Positions 1 through 13,006 of a stretch of 64,000 nt of DNA are shown here, one piece after another. The notes under the pieces were generated by a model, which searched no databases, was not told the origin of the DNA, and was given only the letters and a program-made list of their open reading frames with translations. Position 1 is the stretch's first letter; each line of letters begins with the position of its first letter. This DNA comes from Bigelowiella natans CCMP2755 (lineage: Eukaryota; Protista; Cercozoa), in the NCBI GenBank assembly GCA_000320545.1, contig ADNK01002372.1:1-64000 (forward strand), in the 5' to 3' direction. Made by a program: the position numbers and the translations under genes.

Positions 1-2
1 AC

Positions 3-482
3 CTGAGCCAACGTTAATTGAATGTCGCCAGTGCCTATCGATTATGATGATGATCATCATAATGTATATTATAGATATACATCCACCACTTGATCAATCA
101 TCATCACGAAATCCTCCAAAACCAACGATGATGTTTAATGATGTAGCTACTACTACCATAACAATTGTGTGTGTGTGTGTGTGTGTGTATGTGTGTGCGC
201 GCGCGCTCTATGATGCTCTACTAGCACACAAACACTGTGTTTGCCAACTACTTTTGGTGATGATGATCATCATCTTATGTGAGGGTAAAACTATAATTCC
301 CTGCATCGTTGTAATGACGATCATCATCATCGTCAAGGCATTCCTTCCTCCCTCCCCCCTCCCTTCCGCACTCCCTCACCAGGAGGAAAGTCCACCACAA
401 GATAGTCTAAATCGCCCCTGTAATATATAATATAAACAACAACATAAACACATACACACATAGAAATGATGTGTCGTCCTTC

Positions 483-524
<42 letters not shown>

Positions 525-761
525 GTTAGCTTCTTTGTTGTTATTTTACCAATCTGTATCAGTGGCTAGTCGCTGAATGACTCCAGAGGCCTTCACCACA
601 TGAAAGAGAAAGAATCGAAGAAGAAGAACAAGAAGAAGAAGAACAAGAAGAAGAGCAGATAAGAAGGAATGCAGCAGCAGCAACAACATGGAAAGATAGC
701 TGTTGTATAGAGATGACGACGAATCCTCACTATTCTCTCTCCCTCTTTCTGCAATATAATG

Positions 762-837
<76 letters not shown>

Positions 838-1349
838 TTCATCGTATAATAACGCAATTTGCTGCATTATTTTGATGATGCTAGATGCATATTATTGCAT
901 CATATGAGAAACTTCTACCATAACAACATTGTAACTAATATTAATATTTAGGTTTTGTATTTCACACTTCCATTAAATACTACAATCATTACTCATACCA
1001 TTGGCCCTCGCATTATTGTTGATTGTCGTGCCTATACAATAATCATCATCATCAACAACAAAAACAATAATAACATATATACTACCTTCTTTTCAGTCGA
1101 GAGCGGATCAAAAGGATTAGAAAAGCCAAAGGACATTAGCTTTACATCCATATACACCGGTGCTACGATCAACCCCTGCCAACAGCAGCAAAACCGACAA
1201 GCAGACAATAACGATGAATGATGATAATGATGATGATGATAATGATAAAAGCAAAGAAGAGAGAGAAAAAAGAGGGAGGAACAGGCAGCGGGGATTCACA
1301 GAGGGGCGGAGAGAGAAATATGATATCCATCATTGCTGAATGTATTTCG

Positions 1350-1385
<36 letters not shown>

Positions 1386-3219
1386 TGGTATTGTTGAGTC
1401 TAAGCGTTGGATCCGAAGGGGTGAGCATTGTAGGCAGAGAAGGCCCATACACATCAGCATCTAGTATTCCAACCTAATAATAACAATGGATCATGGTGAT
1501 GATGATGATATTGATGATGATAGTAGTACCTTAAATCCCATTTCACTCAACGCATAGGCAAGGTTCACACTCACTGAAAGAGGAGGAAGCAAGGAATTAC
1601 ATACAACAGGAGGAGGAGGAGGAGGGGAGGAGAGAAGTAAACAGGAAGAAGAGAAAGCAGCAAGCTATTATTCCATATACTATTCTCTCAATTGTTACAA
1701 TAATTCTGTGTTGTCGTAGTAATGATTTCTGCTGCTTTTGTGTGTGTCATCACACCTGGTAGAATGATGATGATGATGATGATGATACAACAAACCTAGC
1801 ATTATTTCATTATTTTCACCACTACTTGTCTATTTGTTGTATCTACTTCGTGTACTAATAGTGATATTAATATAAGTAGTAGTACTCCTCCTCCTCCTCT
1901 AATCTTCCTAACTGCTAACACACGTCGATCGTCGCCATAACCACCCACCCACCGGTGCTTTTGCCTACGCCTCCTTTGCACGACGACACTGCAATGATGT
2001 GTTTCACATCCTTTAAGCCCCCTCCCACCGAGGAGGAGCTGCTATTGCCCTTCCCAGCTGGTCGTGATGACGGTGATGGTGATGATGACGATGATGATGA
2101 TGATGATGGAGGAGGAGCAGCCATGGATACACGGCAGGATGACACCCAATCTATCTGTGAAAGGGGGGGGGGGAAGTAATGGGTGAAGAGGAGAAATCAA
2201 AATAATATATGAGTACAACTTGGTGACGTCCATCGTTGATAAGGGTTATGGCATTATTTTAGAGGTGCGTAATCATGTAAGTGCACATATCATCATCATC
2301 ATCAGCATCAATGTAGTTGGAGCTGTGTGTATCATCTTGACAGCAGTGTTTCCAATTTGAATGAGTGGTACTGCTACAACCTGTTCCACCTCTGCCTGAA
2401 TACGTTTCTTCAAATGTCTGATAAAATGATAATAGTAAAATAGATAATAATAATAGTATTGCAGGAACGGTTGGAGATAATATCGATCAAGTGATGTGTG
2501 AGAAAAGAGCAGTAGGTAGAGAGGAGGTAAAACGACGACGACGACGTGGCAATGATGACCACAACCAAAGCATAGTATTTAGCAGTGGTAGTAGTAAGTA
2601 GTAATTGTAGTAGTAGGTACTGCAACTACTACCTGTACTCCTTTGTGAGCTCCAGAGATAGAGAGACCAAGCCTTCATCGGTAGCTCGGACTCCAGTCAC
2701 CAGCCCTTATATTGTCATCATTATATATGAATCATTATCATCATCATCATCATCATCGTCATCATCATCATCATCATACCCTTGTACACAACATCTGATC
2801 CATCCGATGCATGGATGCTGCTTAGGACCTTAAGAACCTGTCAAACAGAGAAAGATACACAACATCATATGTAGTGGATCAAGAACACACACACCTTTTT
2901 GTGTGCATTGCACATCATACGTTGTTGCTCTCTTAGTTCCTTTGTTTTGAACCTGTTTCTCCTTTTGTGTAAATTTTCCTTTCGAGAAGAACCTCTTCTT
3001 CACGCAACCCAGCATCGTTCTTGGTAGGTAGAATGCTGTAGGGAGAACAAAAGCAACTGGAGAGTGCTGCAGTGGGGCGGAAAGTGGATGATCACGCACG
3101 AAGAGGCGGGAGTAGGTTGGTGCTTTCCACAGAGAAGTGGTAGCAGTTGTGCGAACATTGCCGCGAAATAATGTAGTAGTAGCAGTAGCAGTAGCAGTAG
3201 TAGTGGCCCTAGTTAACAT
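3..3219 (-). CDS. HCF101: HCF101-like Fe-S cluster scaffold (MIP18/DUF59 + Mrp/NBP35 P-loop ATPase); multi-exon, 3' end runs off the left edge; probably mitochondrial type
   Basis: GT-AG exons splice to VLKVLSSIHASDGSDVV..GLVTGVRATDEGLVSLSLELTKEYRHLKKRIQAEVEQ..GLKDVKHIIAVSSCKGGVGKST|VSVNLAYAL..VGILDADVYGPSLPTML..VKLMSFGF..IMRGPM|ASGVIQRLATDTDW|GDLDYLVVDFPPG|TGDIQLTLAQ. The N-terminal leader (ATG 3219) is T/R/A-rich, poor in acidic residues and ends near RFFS. Confidence 0.88.
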
Positions 3220-3638
3220 GTCCTTTCCCTCTTCCTCTTTCTTCTTGGTCTTATGGTTGTTGAGTAGTAGTTGTAGTAGTAGTAGTAGTAGTATTAGTAG
3301 CACAGTGGTAGAGAAGCAGAGGGAGGCAGAGGGCGTGGTGGAAAGTACAGACTCCTCTATGCTACTAGTAGATCTGGGAACTAGTATCGGAACTACAACT
3401 ACTACTCTACTACGACTACGACTACGTGTATCTATATCTATCTATCTACCTATTATCCTGTCGTTGTACCAAAATCACCTGCATTTGACTATCTATCTCT
3501 ATCTATCTACCTATTATCCTGTCGTTGTACCAAAATGACCTGCATTTCACAAATTATAACCAAACCTCCAAACAACATCAAAGCACTCCCTCCGATCCTC
3601 CTCCCCTTCCCATTGAGTAAAGCAGCACTCGTTCCTCA
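3220..3638. promoter_or_regulatory. Short divergent (bidirectional) promoter region between the HCF101-like and TDP2-like genes
   Basis: The inferred start codons are head-to-head, about 420 bp apart. Confidence 0.5.
3437..3547. repeat. Direct duplication of about 50 bp (period 61)
   Basis: ctatctatctacctattatcctgtcgttgtaccaaaat(c/g)acctgcattt occurs twice. Confidence 0.85.
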
Positions 3639-4144
3639 ATGCCATCGACCGACAAAAAGGAGGATCTCTTACCCCAGGTGTCTAGCAGCCACCGCTATTG
3701 GAATCTAATTTATCGAAATGGCAAATAACATTGAAAGAAATCAGAATTACATATCAAGGAATACTAATAATGAGTCGTCATAAATTTTAACAGGAGTCCC
3801 CTCCTGACTCATATGATCCAACTGAGAATGAGATCGGTGTCGAGGTGATAGTGGCTAGAAAACGCTTATCTTCGTTGACGATCTTATCCAGTGAGTGATA
3901 AAATTGTATTATTATTATTATTATTATTATTATTAGGTTAAGGCAACAAGGAGGGTAAGTGGCCTTTCTGTCTTAACGTGGAATGTATGGTTTGGAGACT
4001 CCTATGAGGTAGCTACCTGCTCATGTGTGTAGCAATAATATGTTGAATTCTTGATCATTTTCAATTCTCAATGTTTGATGATCCTTGTATTTACTTCTCC
4101 TCTCCCTCCTCTTCCTCTAGCACAGCGGACTCACGATGATACAG

Positions 4145-4224
<80 letters not shown>

Positions 4225-4683
4225 TCGCGCGTGTGCATAGTAGCCTTTTTAAATTACCTCTTCCTCAATACATCAGAGATATCATCATCGTCGTCGTCGT
4301 ATCATGCAATCGCAAGAAAAAAAGAGTGTGTTTTCCTCCTTCCTTCCTTTCTCCTCTTCTTCTCGACACGATATGACATCAGACTGAAGAGAGCTTCTCA
4401 AAGAGGTGCCAAGAGATAGTAGTCTCCCTTGGTCAAACGCAGCCAGACATAATATGTTTGCAAGAGGTAGTAATTGTAGTAGTAGTAGTAGTAGTAGTGT
4501 AGAGTCAGTCATTCTTAGTAAGTATTTAATTAAAGTATAGTCACATTCAATAATGAACCAACTCATACTTGTTTTCCCCCCATACAACAACACACATACC
4601 TAATGTATAGTACAATAACAATGGTAGGTGACACAAGATCTTTTAGATTTATTGTTGGGGGCTGGATGGGTCAAAGCCGGTGT

Positions 4684-4768
<85 letters not shown>

Positions 4769-4833
4769 GCGTATACTTTTACATGGTTACCCATCAAGAA
4801 ACATTCGTAGCTAAAGTATCTGGAAGTCTCACG

Positions 4834-4867
<34 letters not shown>

Positions 4868-4890
4868 ATATAATGATGATGGGCTATTGA

Positions 4891-4922
<32 letters not shown>

Positions 4923-5093
4923 AATGATGATAATGATGATGGGCTATTGGTTATAGAAGAAGAACATAAAGATCCTATTTTACTGTTTCCTCTTCTTTTT
5001 CTTCATCATCATTTAATTTTCTGGTGACTCATCATCGCTCGTTGATCTAATTATCACAACATTTGCAGCAGCAATTGCTGCATGCCACCATTG

Positions 5094-5143
<50 letters not shown>

Positions 5144-8091
5144 ATATTAATATATAATTTTTTTTTAACCAGGTTATGACCTTTCTTGTGTGAAAATTGA
5201 GGGGTATGGGGTGCTTATAATGTCTAGGTATGATTACTATCACCATTTTCTTACAATATTCAACTATATATGCTGACTGCTGCTCTCAATCAAAAAAGAA
5301 CGATTTCGTCATCATCATCATCTTCTTCTTCTTCTTTTTTGTTTTACTATCACCTTTAATATTTGGTCGTCATCGTTATCATGATGATGATGATATAGAG
5401 GTGAATTAAATGGCAAATTCGAAGAGACCAGGTTGCCTACTCATATGGGACGAAGTTTGCACACGGTAAGTAAGTAGTAGACCAGGTTGCCTACTCATAT
5501 GGGACGAAGTTTGCACACGGTAAGTAAGTAGTATTACAGTGCTAGTAATGGTGAGGGTACTTTGCACACGGTAAGTAAGTAGTATTACAGTGCTAGTAAT
5601 AGTGAGGGTACTTTGCACACGGTAAGTAAGTAGTATTACAGTGCTAGTAATAGTGAGGGTACTTTGCACACGGTAAGTAAGTAGTATTACAGTGCTAGTA
5701 ATAGTGAGGGTACTTTGCACACGGTAAGTAAGTAGTATTACAGTGCTAGTAATAGTGAGGGTTCTTTTTGTCGCAGCTGTTGGAATATGTAAGGATGATG
5801 ATGATGATGATGATGATGATGGTGATGACGACGACGCCGACTAATAGTGCACCATCATCGTCACCATCAACCCTTGGTAATTGTTGTTTATAATAATAAT
5901 AAGGTTCACGTTGAGTTGTCGTCGTAATTGTTGTTTATAATAATAATAAGGTTCACGTTGAGTTGTCGTCTGGAAGAAGAAGAACCACAACAATAACATC
6001 ATCATCATCATCATCATCATATCAACCAAGCCACCACCACCACCACCAGCAGCAGCGGTATGATCTATCATCAGTAGCAAAGAAAGAAGAAGATAAAAGA
6101 GGCATGGTGATTGGGTGCGTCCACCTAGAGTCCCTCGATAACGCTAAACTTCGGAGGGAACAGCTTGCAATTGTAATTTATCTTATTCTTGCACCATAAT
6201 CATATTTTAGCACTACTACTCGTCTTATAGTAGTAGTTATACCCACTATCAAAGTTTCCATTCATTAATTATCATCGCTACCAGCCCCCCCCCCCCCCCC
6301 CCCTAAAAAATGATGATGATGATGATGATAGTAATAATAATAATAATAATAATGATAATAATAAAGTCTACTTTGCCGTTGCCTCCCCCCTCGTCCTCCT
6401 TCTCATCATCATCATCATCATCATCATCTTGTTGGCAGTGTAAGAATGAATTAGATAAACTTGGTGGAAAAGACGGTGATGCTATGCTGGTATGAACCAA
6501 CTTTCTTTTTAATGTAAAATATAAACCAGTAGAATGCTAATCTACCTCCTCCTCCTCCTATTTTCTCAGTTTTTGTTGGTGATTATAGTGATTAGATCAT
6601 GTTGTAAATTATTTATACAAGATGATAAAAACTATGATAATGGAGACAATGAAGTGCATATACACATTTACACGCACATGTACCATAATATATATTTTAC
6701 CATTATTGTGTGTTTTCTTATAAAATTTAGGTAGGTGACTTCAATTTTTGCAGTTATCGAAACTACAATCCAGAGATTATACCTCTGGAGAACAAGTGAT
6801 AATTCATATTCTTCTCTCTATTACCAATCAGCGGTGGTGGTGGTGGTGGTGGTGGTGGTGGAGGAAGCTGTTTGATTCCTCCTTCTCCCACTCAATAAAA
6901 AACTTCCTGAGTAGCTACGTCATACAGCTACTACTACTACCACTACTACTACTACTACTGCTGCTGCTACTATTGGCAATGATCTCGATGGTCATTATGA
7001 TCATGATCACCACCACCATCATCACCATTATCCTTTACTGTTCTTAGAGTTCTCAGTGAAGTGATGCCTTACTTTGTGGATCTTTGGCCACGGTTACATC
7101 CAGGTGCTTGTTATTGCCTACCATTGGTAAAGGAGAGCATATTATCTATTATTAATATTATCGATGCATTTAGGCAACAAAGGCTACACCTTCGATTCTG
7201 AAAACAACACCCTAATCAGCCGGTAATCGTGGTGCATATTCACAATTTTTTGTTACTGCATCATTGCCATCCCTCCCTCATGGGTATGAATATGGAACGA
7301 AGAGTATGAATGATAGGGTGGGGTATTTGAATTACACACATTTTACTACTACAACAATAACAACAACAACAACAACAATAATGAAATTGTCACAGTTTGT
7401 TGTTGTTGTTGTTGTAGTTGTCATTATAATGATCCATTTCTTATTATCTACGTAACTTCTGATTCTTCTTCTTAGGTATGAGCGGATGCGTTATGACCGT
7501 ATCATGGTGCGGTCAAAGAGTATGAAGGCAAGGAGTATGATTAGATATGCTACACATGAGGTTGACCTCAAGTTAAAGCCTGAACCAGATCGAGGAGTCG
7601 TAAAGGTAAGAAGAAGAGGAAGAAAAAGAGGAATAATCAGAGGATGGTACTGCAATAATACATGATGGTGATGGTGATGATGTCACATAACGACGACTTG
7701 GTTCAACACTGGACAGATAGAATAAATCGATGATCATGGCGACATGACGACAATTGGCTGCTGCCATATTTTTGTCAGATAAATGGGGGTCGGGTGATAG
7801 TCCGCAAATTAAGTATTCTTCGAGGGAGCATTATTCATCTCAGCGACCATTTTGGGTGAGTTCCAATCGCCCAACCGCCGCAGATGATGATGTTTAAAGA
7901 TTAATTTGATAAAACACAAATGTAAGCAGAGAGAAGGGTGAAGAAGATGATGTTCTGTCATGCAAATTCTCATGTTTTGTAGGCTTATGGCTTTCCTTAC
8001 GCCTTTACGAGAAGGTGATGAACCTATGATTAGTAACAATGAGCGAACTCAAATGTGTGATACCTGCAATTTTTCATGTTCACTAATGTAA
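3639..8091 (+). CDS. TDP2-like endonuclease/exonuclease/phosphatase (EEP) family phosphodiesterase, about 15 exons, with C-terminal CaaX (CSLM)
   Basis: EEP motifs splice in order: LSVLTWNVWF (~3965), PDIICLQE|V (~4445), GYGVLIMSR (~5200), LPTHMGRSL (~5435), VHLESL..LRREQL (~6120), VGDFNF (~6732), DLW, GYTFD (~7182), RYDRI (~7490), HLSDHFG (~7836). Stop TAA is at 8089-8091. Confidence 0.85.
4147..4221. repeat. Compound (CA)n(TA)n microsatellite; the same type occurs at ~768-830, ~4691-4764 and ~48878-48938
   Basis: Directly visible in the sequence. Many other di- and tri-nucleotide tracts (TAG/CTA, ATC/GAT, TTC, CT) fill introns and exons. Confidence 0.95.
5425..5762 (+). repeat. Tandem array (54-bp then 51-bp periods) containing six copies of an exon end plus 5' splice site
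   Basis: tttgcacacg|gtaagtaagtagta recurs with GT at 5466, 5520, 5571, 5622, 5673 and 5724. Confidence 0.9.
5877..5970 (+). repeat. 47-bp tandem duplication of a 3' splice site plus exon start
   Basis: gtaattgttgtttataataataataag|gttcacgttgagttgtcgtc occurs twice, with AG ending at 5903 and 5950. Confidence 0.9.
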
Positions 8092-8783
8092 GATACAGTC
8101 ATGTAGAAAATTGCTATCGAGGTTGTATTTATCTGTCTTATCGTATTAGACAACTGCAGAGCGCAACAACGAGCCCGCTCTACGTAGTAGTTATAAAAAA
8201 GCCTAAACCACACTGCGTCTACTACGCATGCCATGTACGTATATACCAGCAGCTGCGTGCATGCATGATCGCGAAGATGATTTGGCATTTCAGCTACATC
8301 TCTAGATTTTATTACAAATGCTGTAAGCGCAACATGTAGGCAAACAACCTGGAAGAAGCTTCCAAAAACTTGAACATCTCGCTAAGTCGGGCTAGCAGGG
8401 ATTTGGCGCGAGCAAGCTGGTGATCACGCACATCTCCTTGGAATCGCGAGGGCATGCAATGCCTACTAGATCTAGTAAATGCGTGGGCAGACAAAATGCC
8501 ACAGTTGTTATTTGACTGCATTGCTGACTTTCTAGTACGTACGCATCGCAATGGTGCAAAGTGTGCTCCAGCCCCCGCTTATTTTTCATTTTTTGCGGGG
8601 GGATCGAGGGGGGGCAAGGACATTTAATGCAGTCTGCGAAACTAGGTGTGCTTGTATCTTACGACAACTGTTATTGCCGTAGAGTGAGCAGGATTATAAA
8701 CCTTGGTGCCACATACCATCGACCTTTCACTGAATGAACTTGGGTTCTCTTCTATAATGGTGTCGTCAAATAATTGAGGTCTG

Positions 8784-9661
8784 CTACTCTATCATCACTT
8801 CAGTTTCTGGTATTTCAGTTTCTGCTTGTTTCAGTTTCTTTATTTCATTCTCAAGTGACGCAATGTTCTGCTTCACAACATCTCGCGTCTGCTCAAAATT
8901 TTGACGCTTTTGATGGACACTTCCAAGAGCAGTGTCAAGCTTATCCAAGTCACTTTTTGCTACCTCTAACTTTTCGTTTAAGTTTGACTGTTGGTCTTTT
9001 TTTTCCATTTCCTTTTTCTTCTCCAGCAATTGTTTGACCTACGGTGGACGTGAAAATTTATTGTCAATTTACGATTAAAAAACAGGATAAACTCAGATGC
9101 GCAATTTCTGGTGTGCTAAGTTGGCTACAACACCATTGCTCAATATCAATAAAAATTGTACGGAACCTCCAATTGAAGCAACTTCATATGGTCAACCACG
9201 TTCTTCACCTTCCCTTCGTACAATTTCATTTGGTCAAAGACAGCGTGAACCCATTTCTTCTCTCTGGTAAGAAGCTGGATTTTCCCAACGATTTCATTCA
9301 TAATATCCTGAACATTATTATTTTCGTTATCATCCTGCATTGAAGTGGTTCCGAGCAATGGTGGGTCCTCGTCCGCTAGAACTTCCTCTGGACATATAAA
9401 TCCTGTATCACATCCTCCATTTGTTTGGTTTAACTTACGAGTCGCCTCGTCCCTTGAAGTTTGGGTGGATGCTCTCAATGATGTGGAAGTTTTGATATTT
9501 TTGTTGCTGCTTTTGGATTCGACTTTATTCTTCTTTGCGCCATCAGCAATTGTAGAATAGTTATGTGATGTTAAGGATGAAGAAGCCAGGGCTGGTGTAA
9601 GTTCCAACGCAAATAAGAAGCACACGAAAAGTCTCGGAAACCTCCTTGTGATTGTTTTCAT
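8784..9661 (-). CDS. Predicted secreted coiled-coil protein of unknown function (2 exons: 9661-9167, 9038-8784)
   Basis: Signal-peptide-like MKTITRRFPRLFVCFLFALELTPALA. An in-frame GT-AG intron joins ..LLQLE|VKQLLEKKKEMEKKDQQSNLNEKLEVAKSDL.., a heptad-rich C-terminus. Confidence 0.7.
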
Positions 9662-10665
9662 ATGCAACACCCCGGTTAGGACTCCATTCAAAAATTTGAA
9701 CGACAAATAGTGGATTACCGAAATTTTAATCATTGGATCTTAGTTCAAAGTAAGGATAAAAGCAGGCCTTTTCAACATGTGCGGCCTTTTTTTAAAAGGA
9801 AATTTAATAACCCGTTCTTCATCCAAACGCAGCATGTTGTAAAAGAGAAGAACCTTTACTACGACAAAGTCATCGACATTTCTTTTAAAATTTAGGCATT
9901 CAATTATCAGAAAAACTATATGTACCGGAATCCCCGTTGAAATTATTCTTTTTCCCAGAAACTAGCAACTTCTGACATTTATACTTGCGACATGACGAAA
10001 ATCATGACGCACATAGAATAATAATTAGAATCCTCTTTGGAATCCTGGCGGCCTGGATATTGTTGCTTAAATCTTCGGGGCGAGGGTGATCGAGTGCGAA
10101 AAGATTCTCTTGATCACGATTTCTTTATGAGACAATGAATCTGATCCCATTCTTTCTCAAAACAGGTCCATTCATCCGAACACACAACACCCCCAAATTC
10201 GTAATTCAGAAGAACTAGTATGCACTATAAATTCGAAAATTGTTTAATATATTTGTTTTATTGATAGCGACATGCATATTCGGGTATACATTTTGATGGA
10301 TAAGCTTTTTTGCTGCAAGTGTTGGGGATTAATGGTTGGCCCTTAGACTTAAAGATTTCCTTCGCACTGTAAAGGTGGTCTTGCTGCCCCCTGTATTTAA
10401 TCTCTTGCAAGTACGATTCTCCCATACAAATTACGAATCAGAAAACGGGGTTAGAGAGGCAGGATGTATAAAATGATATTTCTTTGTGGAGGTTTTGCCC
10501 ATTTGATTCGCGGTCTATCTGTGCCATGCACTCCGCTCCATCAAGATGAAGAACTCGCCCTGGATTTTATTGATTACATTCCATAGCTTCACTGTTGTCA
10601 TACTTCGAATCGAATTTGTTGTCGACACCGATGATTAGAACCCATGGTGTGTTCGCAGGCTCGCC

Positions 10666-12660
10666 ATGTTTGCCGTGCCAGATTTTAAGACGCTGAATGC
10701 AGAAGCGGCCTTAAGAAATTATCATGTGAATCCGCGCCTTGGTACGTTTATTCAGTTTATATTCATTCCTGTATCTTGAAACTGGAAATTGTACGTGGTA
10801 AATCTTCAATTTTAATCGAAACTTCATGCTGTCGTCTCAGACTACTCGACCGTTTCCGGGGTCAGAGGTCCTCTTGTTGTTCTTGAAAATTGTAAGGTTG
10901 GCAATCACAAAATCATTTCTACCTCCCCACATGCTTGCTGCTAGTTTACTGGTGTGAGCATAAAAACTACTCTACGGTTTTGCATATGAAGAAATGTAAA
11001 TCTCCCCATTGTCAGGTTCCGAAGTTTGCAGAGATTGTGGAGCTTCAGATCCACTCACATAAAGGGACGGAAACAAGACATGGTCAGGTTCTTGAAATCA
11101 ACGGAAATCGTGCGGTCGTACAGGTAACGCGTTACAACATGATAATCCCAAATTTTCCTCAAAAGAGACCTTGAAATAAATGTCAGGTTTTCGAAGGCAC
11201 TTCAGGAATCGACAACACAAAGACCCGTTGCGAATTCACGGGCGATGTTTTGCGGATGGCAATCTCTGAAGATATGCTGGGACGCTCCTTCGATGGTTCA
11301 GGAAGACCTCTCGATAAAATCAAAGTTGATACATCAGACTCTGATAAAATGAACATTCATGGTACTTGAAAATCCCTCTCGTTTGATCTCAGTTAAATTT
11401 GCATACCAACGCCGTCATCTATATTTTTTTATAGGTGAGAGCTATACCCTCCCAATTATGGCTGAACAGTACATGGATATTGCTGGAATGCCTATCAACC
11501 CTACAACTCGTCAATATCCGAAAGAGATGATTCAAACCGGAATCAGTGCAATTGATGTCATGAGTTCTATCGCTCGTGGACAGAAGATTCCGCTCTTCTC
11601 CGGTGCTGGTCTTCCACACAACGAAGTTGCGGCTCAAATCTGCAGATACGCTTCTCTAGTTAAGACATCAGATCGAATTGATGAATCGGAAGAAAACTTC
11701 GCTATTGTCTTTGGAGCTATGGGTGTCAATCAGGAAACTGCACGCTATTTCCAGCACGATTTTGAAGCGGGGGGGGCAATGTCCAGGACTGTTCTTTTTC
11801 TCAACTTGGCAAATGATCCTACTATTGAGAGGATCATCACACCTAGACTTGCATTGACAACCGCAGAATATCTCGCCTATGAACGCGAGATGCACGTTCT
11901 CGTCATCCTCACAGATATGACTTCTTATGCTGATGCATTGCGAGAGGTTTCCTCGGCTAGAAGTGAGATTCCAGGTCGCCGCGGTTATCCTGGTTACATG
12001 TACACCGATCTTTCCACAATTTACGAAAGGGCAGGACGTGTTGCCGGTAGTAACGGTTCCATCACCCAGATTCCAATCTTAACAATGAAAAACGACGATA
12101 TCACTCACCCTATTCCTGACCTTACGGGATACATTACTGAGGGCCAAGTTTACATTGACAGAAAGCTTCACAATAAACAAATCTATCCTCCGATCAATGT
12201 GCTTCCTTCTCTTTCCCGATTGATGAAAAGTGCTATTGGTAAGCGCATGACTCGCATTGATCACCCCTCAGTAAGTAACCAGATGTATGCTATGTACGCA
12301 ATGGGAAAAGATAAACAAAGTCTGAAGGCTGTCGTCGGGGAAGAGGCTCTCGACGAAGATGAGAAGCTGTACATTAAATTTGAAGAGCAGTTTGAAAAGG
12401 AATTTTTATGCCAAGAACCCTACGAGGAACGTGATATTTTCAAATCGTTGGATAAGGCGTGGGAACTACTTCGAACTTTTCCTAGGGACCTGTTATCTAA
12501 GATTACTCCTGAGATGCGTGATCTTTACTACAACCGTGAAGACAATGATAGAAATAGAGAAAGGCAGACTGAACCTAAAGAGTGGGCAATAGCTAAGAGG
12601 AAAAAGGCAGAAGAGGCAGAACGAAAAAGGAAAGCCCTACTCGAAGGAAAGAAAGAATAG
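10666..12660 (+). CDS. ATP6V1B: V-type H+-ATPase subunit B (exons 10666-10741, 10841-10896, 11016-11123, 11187-11361, 11435-12660)
   Basis: Motifs [94 protein letters not shown] and [14 protein letters not shown]. Confidence 0.95.
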
Positions 12661-13006
12661 GATGTAGAGGTGTTCTTTTGCACTTACTCCAGAATAACTC
12701 AGTAATTGGGTTGATAAAGTGTAACAGAATAGCTAGTATTTTGATCTTCGAATCTTCACCGCTTAAAAATTGACGGATGCCTGGTGCTTAAGTATTGGCA
12801 GGAGATACAACAGGCGGGAAGAAACTACAATATTCGTCGAAGCCTCAAATGAACAAATTACCCTGAGTATTATGTGGATGTAATTTGTACACCTGGGCGA
12901 CTCGCATGATCATTTCGCAGCCGCAGTGATGTTGTGAACGATGGCAGACCCCGCGCGCGCACTCTAGCACTCCGCGATCAGCAGCGCCGACTTGAAGAAA
13001 CGACAC

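Noticed and set aside
5520-5743. 20-nt GT..AG units (gtaagtaagtagtattacag) resembling nucleomorph-type tiny introns
   Set aside because: The intervening 31-nt pieces contain stops and break the frame, and all other introns here are much longer. Probably coincidental.
5425-5762. CRISPR-like array
   Set aside because: The units are near-identical with no unique spacers, there are no cas genes, and it lies in a eukaryotic intron.
44-7455. Many short ORFs with poly-I/Y/C/V/H/T/M runs, here and throughout the window
   Set aside because: They are translations of intronic microsatellites or antisense frames of real exons.
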